A stretch of 64,000 nt of DNA from Candidatus Latescibacterota bacterium (GTDB lineage: Bacteria; Latescibacterota; UBA2968; UBA8231): assembly GCA_965248265.1 (NCBI GenBank), contig CBDFJF010000002.1, positions 2,016,001 to 2,080,000 of the forward strand, written 5' to 3'. The position numbers and the translations under genes are program-made. Positions 29,361-39,138 of the stretch are shown piece after piece. The notes under the pieces are model-generated. The model saw nothing but the letters and a program-made list of their open reading frames with translations, was not told the origin of the DNA and did not search any database. Position 1 is the stretch's first letter. Each line of letters starts with the position of its first letter.

Positions 29361-32300
29361 ATGGAAGAGAAACCAAAACGACCCAGCATCAACGGCCGGG
29401 GTGTGTGGCAACAGTTTACCATCCAAGACGGTCTTCCTGACATGAAGATCGAATGCATTTATGAGGACTCTCAGGGAATACTCTGGATAGGCACACACGA
29501 TCGAGGAGTAGTCCGCTATGACGGCAGAGAATTCCAGACCTTCACTCGTCAGGACGGACTGTCTGGTGATGGTGTATTCAGCGTCATTGAGGATGAGTCT
29601 GGTACGCTGTGGTTTGGGACCAATGGGGGAATAACGGCCATGGATGGTGGCGCCTTCGTCCAATTGGAAGGAACAGAAAGCCTAAGTTGCCTTTGGGGAG
29701 TTTGTGTCAGCGATGGTGCCATATGGTTCGGTTTGGAAAAAAAACCTGCGCAGTCGCCTGCGGTTTGCCGCGTATGGGGCAAACAGAGAGAAGTGCTGTT
29801 TGCGGAAGGTGATCCACCAGATGCAGGTGGGAGTATTCACCGTACGGTGTCTGATGGTATGGGTAGTGTACTGTGTGCCGGACAGGGCGTTTTCCTATCC
29901 AGCGATGAAAGTATGTCTTCGATCTCGAGTCTAGATTCGCTGATACATGTAAACGATATGCTTCTTCGATCTGATGGTTCAATTTGGATATCTGAATACC
30001 GGGGAATTTTCAAGTATGAACCCTCGGAGGATCGAATTGAGTGTATCTCGTCAAACAGAAACGTAGAGGCGTTGGCTGAGGACGCTGACGGTGTTGTATG
30101 GCTTTGTGGAAACAATGGAAAGTTGTGGTCTTGGGATCCGGTAGCCGGTTTTGAGGAGAAGCTAGACCTCGATGCTGTGTTTTGGCGTGGAATGATATTT
30201 GACCATCGAGGTCGGCTGTGGATCGGATCTTACGGATCGGGTCTGGTCTACTATGAGGAAACGAGGATACAGGTTTTCGGTTGCGCGCAAGGATTGCCCA
30301 ATGAACGAATCAGGAATGTTGCGTTGGACAAAGATAAGCGAGTATGGGTCGGCACTGAGTCAGGTTTGGCGGTCGTTGGCAATTCTTCGATTGAACCTGT
30401 TGGTGCACAGCTTCTCGCAGAAGAAAAGATTTCAAGCTTGGAAGTGGATCGGTCGGGCCGATTGTGGATTGGCACACGAGCCGGACACGTGATTACATAT
30501 TTCAACGGTGAGTTTACAGAGCAGGAAGCGGTCCGGGAGTTCGAGCGATACAGTATTAGCAAGTTGGCGGTAGACTCACTTAATCGAGTTTGGTTCGCTT
30601 CTCGCCATGGCCTCGGATTCGGCTACTACGATGACGGCATAGTGCAACACTATCCCGCTACACAAGAGGAGAACTATCCCACATGGGTCGGTGCAATGGC
30701 TGCGGACAAAGATGGACACATATGGATCGGTTCCGCCGAACCAAGTAAATGGAGCGGGCTATGTCGCGCAGGCGATTCAGAGCTAACCAGATATCCCTTG
30801 GCAGAGGCATTGCCTATTTCATCTCTGTGTGTTGAGGATCAAGTGGTCTGGATCGGTTCAAGCGAAGGGTTGTTTTCGTTGCACAGACGGACAGGAAGTT
30901 TATGCAAGACAACACAACGGCTTTCGTGCCAGATCGTAACCGCCATTACTGTAGCCAGCAACGGAACCCTGTGGATAGGTACGGAGGGGGGTGGCGTAAA
31001 TCATTACGATGGGACCACTGTTCAAGCCATACAGATCCCAGGCGATGTCCAGCGCAACGTTATCAACGACATCTGCGAAGATGTCTTTGGTGATATGTGG
31101 ATTGCTACCAATTGCGGGTTGGTGAGGTTCCAGAGGACGAGGATGCCTCCATCCGCCGAGATTCTAAGTGTTCTTGGGCAAGATGAGCAAAACGGTTCCG
31201 AAGAGGTCCGGGCGTACAAGGCGGGGCGAGAGATCACCATCAGGTTTTCTGGATACAGCCCTGACGAGCACACCTCCCACCTAACATTTCTGTACCGCCT
31301 TGTCGGCTGCGAGGACGATTGGAATCAAACGGATGAGACAAGTGTAAGCTACGCTGGCCTAAAGCCTGGCTCATATCGCTTCGATCTTCGAGCTGTTGAC
31401 CGTGACTTGAACCGGTCAGAGATCGCTTGTGTCGAGTTGAGTATTGCACCGACGCCCATGGATGTTGCCTTGAATGAGGCACTGTCAGGAGACAGCGGAG
31501 GCCAGGAGTTTATTGGTCACAGTGCATGCATTCTGGAGGTCATGGACAGGATCAAAGACGTGGCGCCGAGCGACCTAACGGTCTCGATTTTCGGGGAGAC
31601 TGGCACTGGGAAGGGGTTGATCGCCAGAGCCGTACACGCGCTGAGCGATAGAAAATTAGGGCCTTTCGTTTCCGTGAACTGTGGCGCGTTACCCGAAGGC
31701 CTTGTAGACAGCCAACTATTCGGTCATGAACGTGGGGCATTCACCGGTGCGTCTGCTCGGAGAGTGGGCAAGTTCGAGCTAGCCGACAGCGGTAGTATTT
31801 TCTTGGACGAAATCGGAGATCTGCCAATTGAATCCCAGGCAAGGTTGTTGCATGTCCTTCAAGAGTTGTCTATCGAGCGAGTTGGCGGTAGTCGGCAGAT
31901 TCCCGTTAGTGTGCGGGTTATAGCTGCAACCAACCGAGACTTGCCTCAAGCTGTTCAGGAAGGGTATTTCCGAGAGGACCTATTCTATAGGTTGAACGTT
32001 TTCGCCATCGAAATGCCACCCTTGCGAAGGCGTCGAGAAGACATAGGTGAGCTAGCAGAGTTTTTTGTAGCACGATTTGCGGAACATCTGAATCAACGGC
32101 CGCCCAAGATCTCCAGCGACGCGATGAAGATCCTAACTGGATATGAGTGGCCTGGCAACGTGCGCGAGCTGGAGCACATGATGCAACGAGCTGTCTTGTT
32201 GGCGAAAAGTGACGTCATCCAGTTAGCCCATCTTCCTAGTGTTGCTGAAGAACAGATTGCAGATCAAGGTAGCCTCGTGATACAGCCTTGGGCTGCCCAC

Positions 32301-32450
32301 GAGCGTCGCTATCTTGAGCAAGTTCTCGACCAAACAGAAGGTGTTATTTATGGTGACAACGGGGCGGCAGCCCTATTGGAAATCCATCCGAATACACTGA
32401 GAAGCAGGCTAAACAAGCTTGGCATAAAGGTAAGAAAGAAAAAAGAGTAA
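29361..32450 (+). CDS. Sigma-54 enhancer-binding protein 1: two-component-regulator beta-propellers, Y_Y_Y, AAA+, HTH (no TM)
   Basis: Repeated D..G.LW.GT blades; YRLVGCEDDW...YAGLKPGSYRF; GETGTGKG, FGHERGAFTGA, FLDEIG, YEWPGNVREL; HTH GAAALLEIHPNTLRSRL; start chosen by alignment to the paralog. Confidence 0.92.
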   Translation: MEEKPKRPSINGRGVWQQFTIQDGLPDMKIECIYEDSQGILWIGTHDRGVVRYDGREFQTFTRQDGLSGDGVFSVIEDESGTLWFGTNGGITAMDGGAFVQLEGTESLSCLWGVCVSDGAIWFGLEKKPAQSPAVCRVWGKQREVLFAEGDPPDAGGSIHRTVSDGMGSVLCAGQGVFLSSDESMSSISSLDSLIHVNDMLLRSDGSIWISEYRGIFKYEPSEDRIECISSNRNVEALAEDADGVVWLCGNNGKLWSWDPVAGFEEKLDLDAVFWRGMIFDHRGRLWIGSYGSGLVYYEETRIQVFGCAQGLPNERIRNVALDKDKRVWVGTESGLAVVGNSSIEPVGAQLLAEEKISSLEVDRSGRLWIGTRAGHVITYFNGEFTEQEAVREFERYSISKLAVDSLNRVWFASRHGLGFGYYDDGIVQHYPATQEENYPTWVGAMAADKDGHIWIGSAEPSKWSGLCRAGDSELTRYPLAEALPISSLCVEDQVVWIGSSEGLFSLHRRTGSLCKTTQRLSCQIVTAITVASNGTLWIGTEGGGVNHYDGTTVQAIQIPGDVQRNVINDICEDVFGDMWIATNCGLVRFQRTRMPPSAEILSVLGQDEQNGSEEVRAYKAGREITIRFSGYSPDEHTSHLTFLYRLVGCEDDWNQTDETSVSYAGLKPGSYRFDLRAVDRDLNRSEIACVELSIAPTPMDVALNEALSGDSGGQEFIGHSACILEVMDRIKDVAPSDLTVSIFGETGTGKGLIARAVHALSDRKLGPFVSVNCGALPEGLVDSQLFGHERGAFTGASARRVGKFELADSGSIFLDEIGDLPIESQARLLHVLQELSIERVGGSRQIPVSVRVIAATNRDLPQAVQEGYFREDLFYRLNVFAIEMPPLRRRREDIGELAEFFVARFAEHLNQRPPKISSDAMKILTGYEWPGNVRELEHMMQRAVLLAKSDVIQLAHLPSVAEEQIADQGSLVIQPWAAHERRYLEQVLDQTEGVIYGDNGAAALLEIHPNTLRSRLNKLGIKVRKKKE

Positions 32451-32469
32451 CACCTCGTGTTGACCTGGG

Positions 32470-32600
32470 TCACGGCATATGGTGATTCACGAGGTTGAGC
32501 ACGAAATATCGTGCACACTCTTCCGCGAGTGTATCCTGTAGATAGTTCAGTAGGTTGCTAAAAGAATTTGTATAGTAAGGTCACGACATTTCGTGACCTT
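32470..32600 (+). promoter_or_regulatory. Three palindromic enhancer (UAS) sites, CACGA-N4-TCGTG type
   Basis: TCACGG-CATA-TGGTGA 32470-32485; GCACGA-AATA-TCGTGC 32499-32514; AAGGTCACGA-CATT-TCGTGACCTT 32577-32600. Confidence 0.75.
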
Positions 32601-32693
32601 CGCTCTGGTCCGGTTCATACCCATTTTGTCAGTTTCATGGCAACCGTTTGTTTTGGCTCATCTTGCGATGATTCTCCTCACAATCAGCTTGGT

Positions 32694-32709
32694 TGGCCCA
32701 ATCCTTGCA
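32694..32709 (+). promoter_or_regulatory. Sigma-54 (-24/-12) promoter
   Basis: TGGCCCAATCCTTGCA, exact GG-N10-GC spacing, 37 bp before the AraC regulator ATG. Confidence 0.8.
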
Positions 32710-32746
32710 ATATCGGCAACCAAACCAATGAGAAAGTGAGGATTCG

Positions 32747-33466
32747 ATGCGCCCCAAAATCATCATTGCAGATAGTGAACTAGATTACTTGCCAAACGTC
32801 AGGACTGGAATCCTGGCTGGCTGCCACTTCGTCCGTGCAGCAAGCGAAGACGATGTGATGACTGAAATGCATGCTGCACCCGGCGCATGTCTTCTCTTGA
32901 TCGATTCTGGCAGAACCGAAGACAGTTCTTCAAAGCTGCTACGGAGAATCAAGGAGAAAGGGCGTCGCAGCAGCAAGGTGGTTTGCACTGCCGAGAATCC
33001 AACTGTTGAGCTTGTTATCGCCGCTTTTAAGGACGGCGCTTGTGATTTCATCCCAAAGCCAGCTTCACACAGCGAGGTGCTTTCCACCGTTCAAGCTCTG
33101 GTCCATTCCGCCGAAAGAATGCCGAGTTACTGGGCGCGTCGACTCGACGCATATCTGATTGACAACTTGTCCAATCCCGATCTCAACCTCGCATTCTTGC
33201 AAACACACTTCGCCGTGTCGAAGAGTTATCTTTCAAAGCTCTTCAGGTCTGAGATCGGCGTGCCATTTCGAGACCGGTTGATGAGATTCCGAATGCTAAA
33301 AGCAGCTAAGCTTATCGAAACTACGGACCATCCGATCTACCTGGTTTCATACCATTGTGGATTCCGAAGTCAATGTCGGCTTACTGAGGCATTTACGCGT
33401 TATCATGGACTCGGGCCTCGAAGATATCGTGAGGCACACAGATCTCAATTTTCTCGTTCAAACTAG
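32747..33466 (+). CDS. Response regulator with REC and AraC HTH domains
   Basis: IIIADS...LLLID...GACDFIPKP receiver; SKSYLSKLF...RMLKAAKL...CGF...F.R.HG..P..YR AraC. Confidence 0.88.
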   Translation: MRPKIIIADSELDYLPNVRTGILAGCHFVRAASEDDVMTEMHAAPGACLLLIDSGRTEDSSSKLLRRIKEKGRRSSKVVCTAENPTVELVIAAFKDGACDFIPKPASHSEVLSTVQALVHSAERMPSYWARRLDAYLIDNLSNPDLNLAFLQTHFAVSKSYLSKLFRSEIGVPFRDRLMRFRMLKAAKLIETTDHPIYLVSYHCGFRSQCRLTEAFTRYHGLGPRRYREAHRSQFSRSN

Positions 33467-33581
33467 AAGCACCCCAAGGGGATCTCTCTCTGTAATTGGT
33501 TGCTCGACGTTTCCTCCCGTCGTACCTTTGCGGAATGACCGCATTTGCAAGGCCAATTCGCATTAGGCAGACGACGAATAC

Positions 33582-36500
33582 ATGATGAAACCCGAGGCTC
33601 GTCCATACCACAGGGGGATATGGGAGCACTTTACAGTGCAGGACGGCCTTCCAGACATGAAGGTCGAATGCGTGTACGAGGACTCAAGGGGGGTGCTCTG
33701 GGTGGGAACGCACAACCGCGGATTGGTCCGGTACGATGGGGATGACTTTCAAGCGTTTACTACCAGAGAGGGTCTTTCTGGAGACGGAGTTTACAGCATA
33801 ATTGAGGATGAATCCGGAACGCTATGGATTGCAACCGATCGCGGTTTATCAACTTTCGACCAGGAGAATTTCCACAATGTCGATGTTGGTGTTGACTGTG
33901 GTTTCCTCTGGGGTGTTGACAGGGATGCTAAAGGCAATTTGTGGTTCGGGCTGCAACGCCGGCCAGGTTTACCTCCTGCGGTCTGCCGGGTAACAGAAAA
34001 TGATTGCAACATTGTTGTTGTGGACGAGACCGACGAGGCATCAGGGACAAGCATCCATTGCATCAGGACCAATCCAGAGGGCAATGTTTGGGTCGGCGGA
34101 CAGTCGGGATTGTATGAAAGCGAGTTTGATGGACGTTTTTCCCCTCTGAAGCAAGAATGGGACGTTTACGTCGTCGGCGACATACTCCCGACGGGGTCAA
34201 AGGGTATGTTGGTTGCAGCATACAACGGTTTGTGGCGGTTGGGGGATGGGGCTGCTGAGCATTTGCTTGCTGAAAGCGATAGTGGTCCAGTTTCATTAGC
34301 CCACGTTGATGATGATGTCTTCATGGTTTGTACGTATGACGGGCGCTTGCTTCGCGTTCTTGGGGACGAGGTGCAGCTGATTCACCATCTGAATTCCGTC
34401 CACACGGGAGGATTTGTATTTGATAGTGAGGGAAGATTGTGGATAGGTACGTATGGGTTGGGTCTGTACTGCTATGACGAAACCAGGCTTCAGATAACGC
34501 GGATGGACAGTGTTTCACCCAGCGCCTCAGTTACCTGCTTGAACACCGACTCCCACGGCGAGTTGGTTCTGGGCACTCGCCAAGGGGTGTTTGCTCTTGG
34601 TGATGCTGGTTTTTCGGCTCTCCGTAAATCTGAAACGCTTTCGAATGCCGAGATTACAGGTGTGCTGTTCGATAGTTCAGACCAATTGTGGTTGGGTACG
34701 CGCAATGGTTGGATTTACAGCCGCATTCAAGGGACGCTCAACCAGCATGAACTCGATCCGGCATTCCTCGGTTACAGTATTGATGCATTGGTAGAAGACA
34801 ACCATGGGCGAATATGGTATGGATCTCGGAGTGGGCAGGGGTTCGGCTGCATAGCTGATGGGAAGTCGGAGTTTTTTCCACCTGGTGGGAATGCCAATTA
34901 CCCATCTTGGGTGCGGGCAATTGCACGAGATCGATTGGGTGGGATGTGGCTCGGTTCTGCTTCTCCAGGGGATTGGGATGGGATTTCCAGGTACCGGGAA
35001 GGGGAGTTTGAGCAGATAAACGGGTTTTCAGGAGCAGCAATTCTGTCTCTTATGGAAGATCGCGACGGACGTATGTGGGTGGGCACGAACGAAGGCTTGA
35101 CCTGCATAGATGAAGACTATCTCATGACCTTCACGCAGAGTGACGGACTCTCATGTGAGATTGTAACGTCAATATTTCAAGCACGGAATGGGGTGTTGTG
35201 GATTGGCACTGATGGGGGCGGAATCAGCTGCTACGATGGTCAGGTGTTTCAGGCTTGGCGCGTGCCTCACGATCCAGCATGTAACGTCATTCACGATATT
35301 GCTGAAGGGCGAGATGGTGTAATCTGGTTTGCATCTGAAGGTGGTCTTATAAGGTACGAAGCAGGCCAGACGAAACCCACTGTTGATGTCGTTGAAGTCA
35401 TCGCAGATATAGCGTACCCCGTGCCTTCAGAGGTGCAGTTCCCGACGACGGTTGGAAGGATGACATTGCGATTCCGTGGAGTTAGTTCTTGCGACAGGGC
35501 GGAACACCTTGTTTACAGATATCAACTTCATGGTTACGAGAATGACTGGCAGCAAACAAAGAGTGGTCAGGTTGAGTACTATAAGTTGCAGCCTGGAGAG
35601 TACGTCTTCTACGTCCAGGCGGTTGACAGAGATTTGAACTACTCCAAACGCGCTGAGGTGCAGGTCGTAGTAACTGAAGACCCTCGTATCGAGGCTCTGA
35701 ATGATGCTCTTCGTGCAGAGGGTGCCAACGGTGAGTTCATTGGGAATAGTACGGCGCTAAGTGAGGTCAAAAGGCAAATTCGGGAGGTTGCTTGGACCGA
35801 TTTGACAGTGTTAGTGCTTGGAGAGACCGGCACCGGCAAGGGATTAGCGGCACGCGCGATTCATGATTCCAGTGAGCGCAACGAGCAACCGTTTATTCAC
35901 GTCAACTGCGGGGCTTTGCAGCACGGGCTCGTCGATAGCGAGTTGTTTGGGCACGAACGAGGAGCTTTCACTGGAGCTATCACTAGAAAGCTAGGGAAGT
36001 TCGAGTTGGCAGACAAAGGGACCATTTTTCTCGACGAAATTGGTGACCTCCCACTTGAGTCTCAAACGAGGTTGTTGCGGGTCTTGCAGGATCGCTGCAT
36101 TGAACGGGTAGGAGGCACCCAAACACTATCAATTGATGTAAGGGTGATCGCTGCTACAAATCGAGATCTCGTTGGTGCTGTGCGCGGAGAGAAGTATCGT
36201 GCTGATCTCTATTATCGGCTGAACGTGTTTCCTATTCGAATACCTGCACTCCGGGAGCGACAAGAGGATACGCCTCAGTTGGCTGGGCATTTCGTGAAAC
36301 GTTTCGCTGCCCATTTGAACCAAACCGCTCCGCGCATCAGTGATGCTGCCATGCAAATGTTGATGTCATACAGCTGGCCCGGGAACGTGCGCGAACTAGA
36401 GCATGTTGTGCAGCGAGCAGTGATTCTGGCGAAGGAGCAACAAATTGAACCTGTTCATATCGGCATTGGTCCTCCAGCGACGATAGTTCAAAGTGAGGAT

Positions 36501-36690
36501 CTGGCAGAGTTCCTCCCTCTACGGGAGCACGAAAAGCGCTATCTGGCGAAGGTGCTTGAGTTTACGGGGGGGGGTAATCCATGGGAAGCGCGGTGCTGCG
36601 CAATTGCTGAATATCAAACCCACAACCCTGCGGAGTCGACTTGAGAAATTGGGATTGATGAAAACCAAGCGCGTAGCGAAAACCAACTAA
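33582..36690 (+). CDS. Sigma-54 enhancer-binding protein 2 (paralog of EBP1), frameshifted in a G9 tract just before the HTH
   Basis: Same architecture with intact GAFTGA; removing one G from 36566-36574 gives FTGGVIHGKRGAAQLLNIKPTTLRSRLEKLGL* (stop 36690), matching the EBP1 HTH. Confidence 0.9.
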
Positions 36691-36723
36691 CATAGTGGCA
36701 ACCCATCAGAGCCGAAGCATTTG

Positions 36724-36850
36724 TTACGATATGTCGTAAAATCAACATTCGTTACTATATATCGTAAGTTATTACGTAACATGTTGACATGTATTCAATT
36801 ACACTAGAAAAAGGGATGTATGCCATAGAGTAATTTACGACATGTCGTAG
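36724..36850 (+). promoter_or_regulatory. Three palindromic enhancer (UAS) sites, TACGA-N4-TCGTA type
   Basis: TTACGA-TATG-TCGTAA 36724-36739; TTACTA-TATA-TCGTAA 36752-36767; TTACGA-CATG-TCGTAG 36835-36850. Confidence 0.75.
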
Positions 36851-36912
36851 TTCCCAGGGGGGCATAATACTACATCTCGCCTTGGTTAATATCGTATAAC
36901 TCATTGTTAATA

Positions 36913-36946
36913 AGTCGTTTGAGGTATTCCTCAGGCGACTTTTTTT
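36913..36946 (+). terminator. Intrinsic terminator directly upstream of the sigma-54 site
   Basis: AGTCGTTTGAGG-TATT-CCTCAGGCGACT followed by T6. Confidence 0.7.
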
Positions 36947-36949
36947 GTT

Positions 36950-36965
36950 TGGCATACATCTTGAT
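36950..36965 (+). promoter_or_regulatory. Sigma-54 promoter (variant -12, TTGA) of the peptide operon
   Basis: TGGCATACATCTTGAT; 115 bp from the third UAS versus 113 bp at the paralogous promoter. Confidence 0.65.
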
Positions 36966-37032
36966 ATAACACAATTAGACGAAGCGACATTCGCTAAGCG
37001 GTTAAGGCAGGTCCATCTCTTAGGAGGAAATC

Positions 37033-37251
37033 ATGAGTTTCAGATCGATAGCTGACTGGTGTGCGAAAGGTATGGCAGTAGTTGGTGCAGTTGCTTTGGC
37101 GGGCAGCGTTGGCGCAGAAGCATCCTCACATGAGGCGGCGTTGAGCCAAGACTCCTCGCTCTATGTGCCTCAAGCAGATGTCTCAGTTGGGTACGTGGTA
37201 GCAGGTGATTTCGATTCTGATGGCGGCGGGAATCCGCCTAAGCCTGAGTAA
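37033..37251 (+). CDS. 72-aa secreted precursor-like peptide, copy 1
   Basis: AGGAGG RBS; Sec-like signal ending AEA (residue 30); C-terminus YVVAGDFDSDGGGNPPKPE. Confidence 0.9.
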   Translation: MSFRSIADWCAKGMAVVGAVALAGSVGAEASSHEAALSQDSSLYVPQADVSVGYVVAGDFDSDGGGNPPKPE

Positions 37252-37359
37252 CACTGAATCTTCTCGAATCTCACCGTGTTAGATGTTCTGCGCCTGCAGG
37301 TCGGGCGAAAACTGTTACGATTTTCGCGGACAGGTGGGTCCATCTCTTAGGAGGAAATC

Positions 37360-37578
37360 ATGAGTTTCAGATCGATAGCTGACTGGTGTGCGAAGGGTTT
37401 GGCAGTAGTTGGTGCAGTCGCTTTGGCAGGTAGCGTTGGGGCAGAAGCATCCTCACATGAGGCGGCGTTGAGCCAAGACTCCTCGCTCTATGTGCCTCAA
37501 GCAGATGTCTCGGTTGGGTACGTGGTAGCAGGTGATTTCGATTCCGATGGCGGCGGGAATCCGCCTAAGCCTGAGTAA
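37360..37578 (+). CDS. 72-aa secreted precursor-like peptide, copy 2
   Basis: Identical to copy 1 except M14L; 7 of 8 nucleotide differences are synonymous. Confidence 0.9.
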   Translation: MSFRSIADWCAKGLAVVGAVALAGSVGAEASSHEAALSQDSSLYVPQADVSVGYVVAGDFDSDGGGNPPKPE

Positions 37579-37984
37579 CCGACGGCTTAATCTTCTTCGG
37601 TATCTACCGTGTTAGATGCTCTGCGCCAGCAGGTTGGGCGAAAACTGCTAAGATGGGGCAGGCAGTTGCATCAATATTCGACGGCGCTTGATCTGCGGCG
37701 CGAGCATCTTACGGTCCTTGTCTTCTTCCACGGATACTCTCTCGCTCACACAATCAGGCCTCTCGTAGTCGCTCGCTCGTTGCGCGACCGAGGTTATCAG
37801 GTCGTTCTGGCCGGACGTGGACCTCATGCGGTTCGCATTCGGGAGGAAGGCTTTCGTGTGTACGATGTGGAAACGCTCCCGCAGGACAGGATGGATCAGT
37901 TCGTCGCTCGTGGCGACTACATGTACTATGACTATGAATGGGTGGATAGATGCGTTTGATACTCCCCCGGAAAAATGGACACCG

Positions 37985-38854
37985 TCAAGCAGCAAGTTTG
38001 GTTGAATGCTGCTCGAATGCTGCGGGTGTTGCGTAATCCAGGGTGGAATGACTCCTTTCTCGATTGTAAAAAATCTCGATGTAGTCGAACAGGCTGCGAT
38101 ACGCGGCCCGGTAGTTGAGCCAGTGTTCGTGGTAGGTCAACTCGGTCTTGAGCAGATGGAAGAAGGACTCAGCCACGGCGTTATCCCAGCAGTCGCCCTT
38201 ACGGCTCATACTCTGCACAAAGCCGTGTTTGCTGACCCAGTTAGTGAACGCGGTGCAGGCGTATTGAACGCCGCGATCGGAATGGATGATCAGACCCCTC
38301 GGCGGACGACGTTGAGCTACAGCCCGCTGCAGCGCGACCAGCGCCACGCGGTGATCCAGTGCCGAGCTCAACGCCCAACCCACCACGCGCCTGGAGTACA
38401 GGTCGATGACGACGACCAAATACAACCAGCCGCGACCGACGCTGAGGTAGGTCAGGTCGCTGACCCACACTTGATTGGGGCGCTGTGCGGTGAAATCGCG
38501 CTGCAAACGGTTCGGCGCCACCGCAAATCGATGTTGCGAGTTGGTCGTCACCTTGAAACGGCGTCGCACAATCGAACGCAGACCCAACACACGCATGCGC
38601 CGTGCAACGCGATTCTCGCCCACCTGCCAGCCTCCGTCTATCAGGGCGCGGGTGATCTTTGGGCTACCGGAGCGCCGCTTGCTGGCTTCAAACAACTTGT
38701 TGATCTCGACATCCAGTCGCCGAGTCTGCTCAGCTCGAGGACTGATCGGGCGCTGCTGCCAGGCGTAGAAACCGCTACGCGACACCCGCAGCACGCGACA
38801 CAACATAGTGACCGGGTACATCGCCTTCTCCACCTCGATGAAGCGATACCTCAT
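37985..38854 (-). CDS. IS3 transposase OrfB (DDE/rve)
   Basis: WVSDLTY, IDLYSRRVVGW, HSDRGVQY, SRKGDCWDNAVAESFF. Confidence 0.96.
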   Translation of the reverse strand: MRYRFIEVEKAMYPVTMLCRVLRVSRSGFYAWQQRPISPRAEQTRRLDVEINKLFEASKRRSGSPKITRALIDGGWQVGENRVARRMRVLGLRSIVRRRFKVTTNSQHRFAVAPNRLQRDFTAQRPNQVWVSDLTYLSVGRGWLYLVVVIDLYSRRVVGWALSSALDHRVALVALQRAVAQRRPPRGLIIHSDRGVQYACTAFTNWVSKHGFVQSMSRKGDCWDNAVAESFFHLLKTELTYHEHWLNYRAAYRSLFDYIEIFYNRERSHSTLDYATPAAFEQHSTKLAA

Positions 38855-39138
38855 CTGGACTCGTTGGCGAAGAAGGCCGCCGCCTTTTTTAGGATATCTC
38901 GTTCCTGGGACACCCGCGCCAGCTCACGCCGCAAACGGCGGACCTCCTCGTCGTGATCACCTAAATGGCCGGTACCTGGGAAGGCTTCATCTCCTTGGAC
39001 CTTCAATTCTCTCTTCCAACGACTGATAATGCCTGCACTTAAACCCAATCGTTGCTCGACCCCTCGGGCCGATACCCCTTCTTCTGCGGCCAGGCGAATG
39101 GCCTCGAGCTTAAACTCACGATCATACTTGCGTGACAT
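38851..39138 (-). CDS. IS3 transposase OrfA (HTH) with an A6G -1 frameshift site
   Basis: MSRKYDREFKLEAIRL...ERDILKKAAAFFA; AAAAAAG at 38884-38890 on the minus strand; GGAGG RBS. Confidence 0.93.
   Translation of the reverse strand: MSRKYDREFKLEAIRLAAEEGVSARGVEQRLGLSAGIISRWKRELKVQGDEAFPGTGHLGDHDEEVRRLRRELARVSQERDILKKAAAFFANESR

Larger units (their letters stand above)
37010..37653 (+). repeat. Tandem duplication (offset 327 bp) covering RBS, peptide gene and first ~15 codons of the GT gene
   Basis: GGTCCATCTCTTAGGAGGAAATCATGAGTTTC... at 37010 and 37337; GTGTTAGATG.TCTGCGCC.GCAGGT.GGGCGAAAACTG at 37276 and 37609. Confidence 0.95.

Noticed and set aside
37010-37653. CRISPR-like or assembly-artifact repeat
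   Set aside because: Only two ~327-bp units with no spacers; the differences are almost all synonymous, so this is a real gene duplication
38006-38956. 316-aa plus-strand ORF
   Set aside because: Antisense shadow of the IS3 transposase
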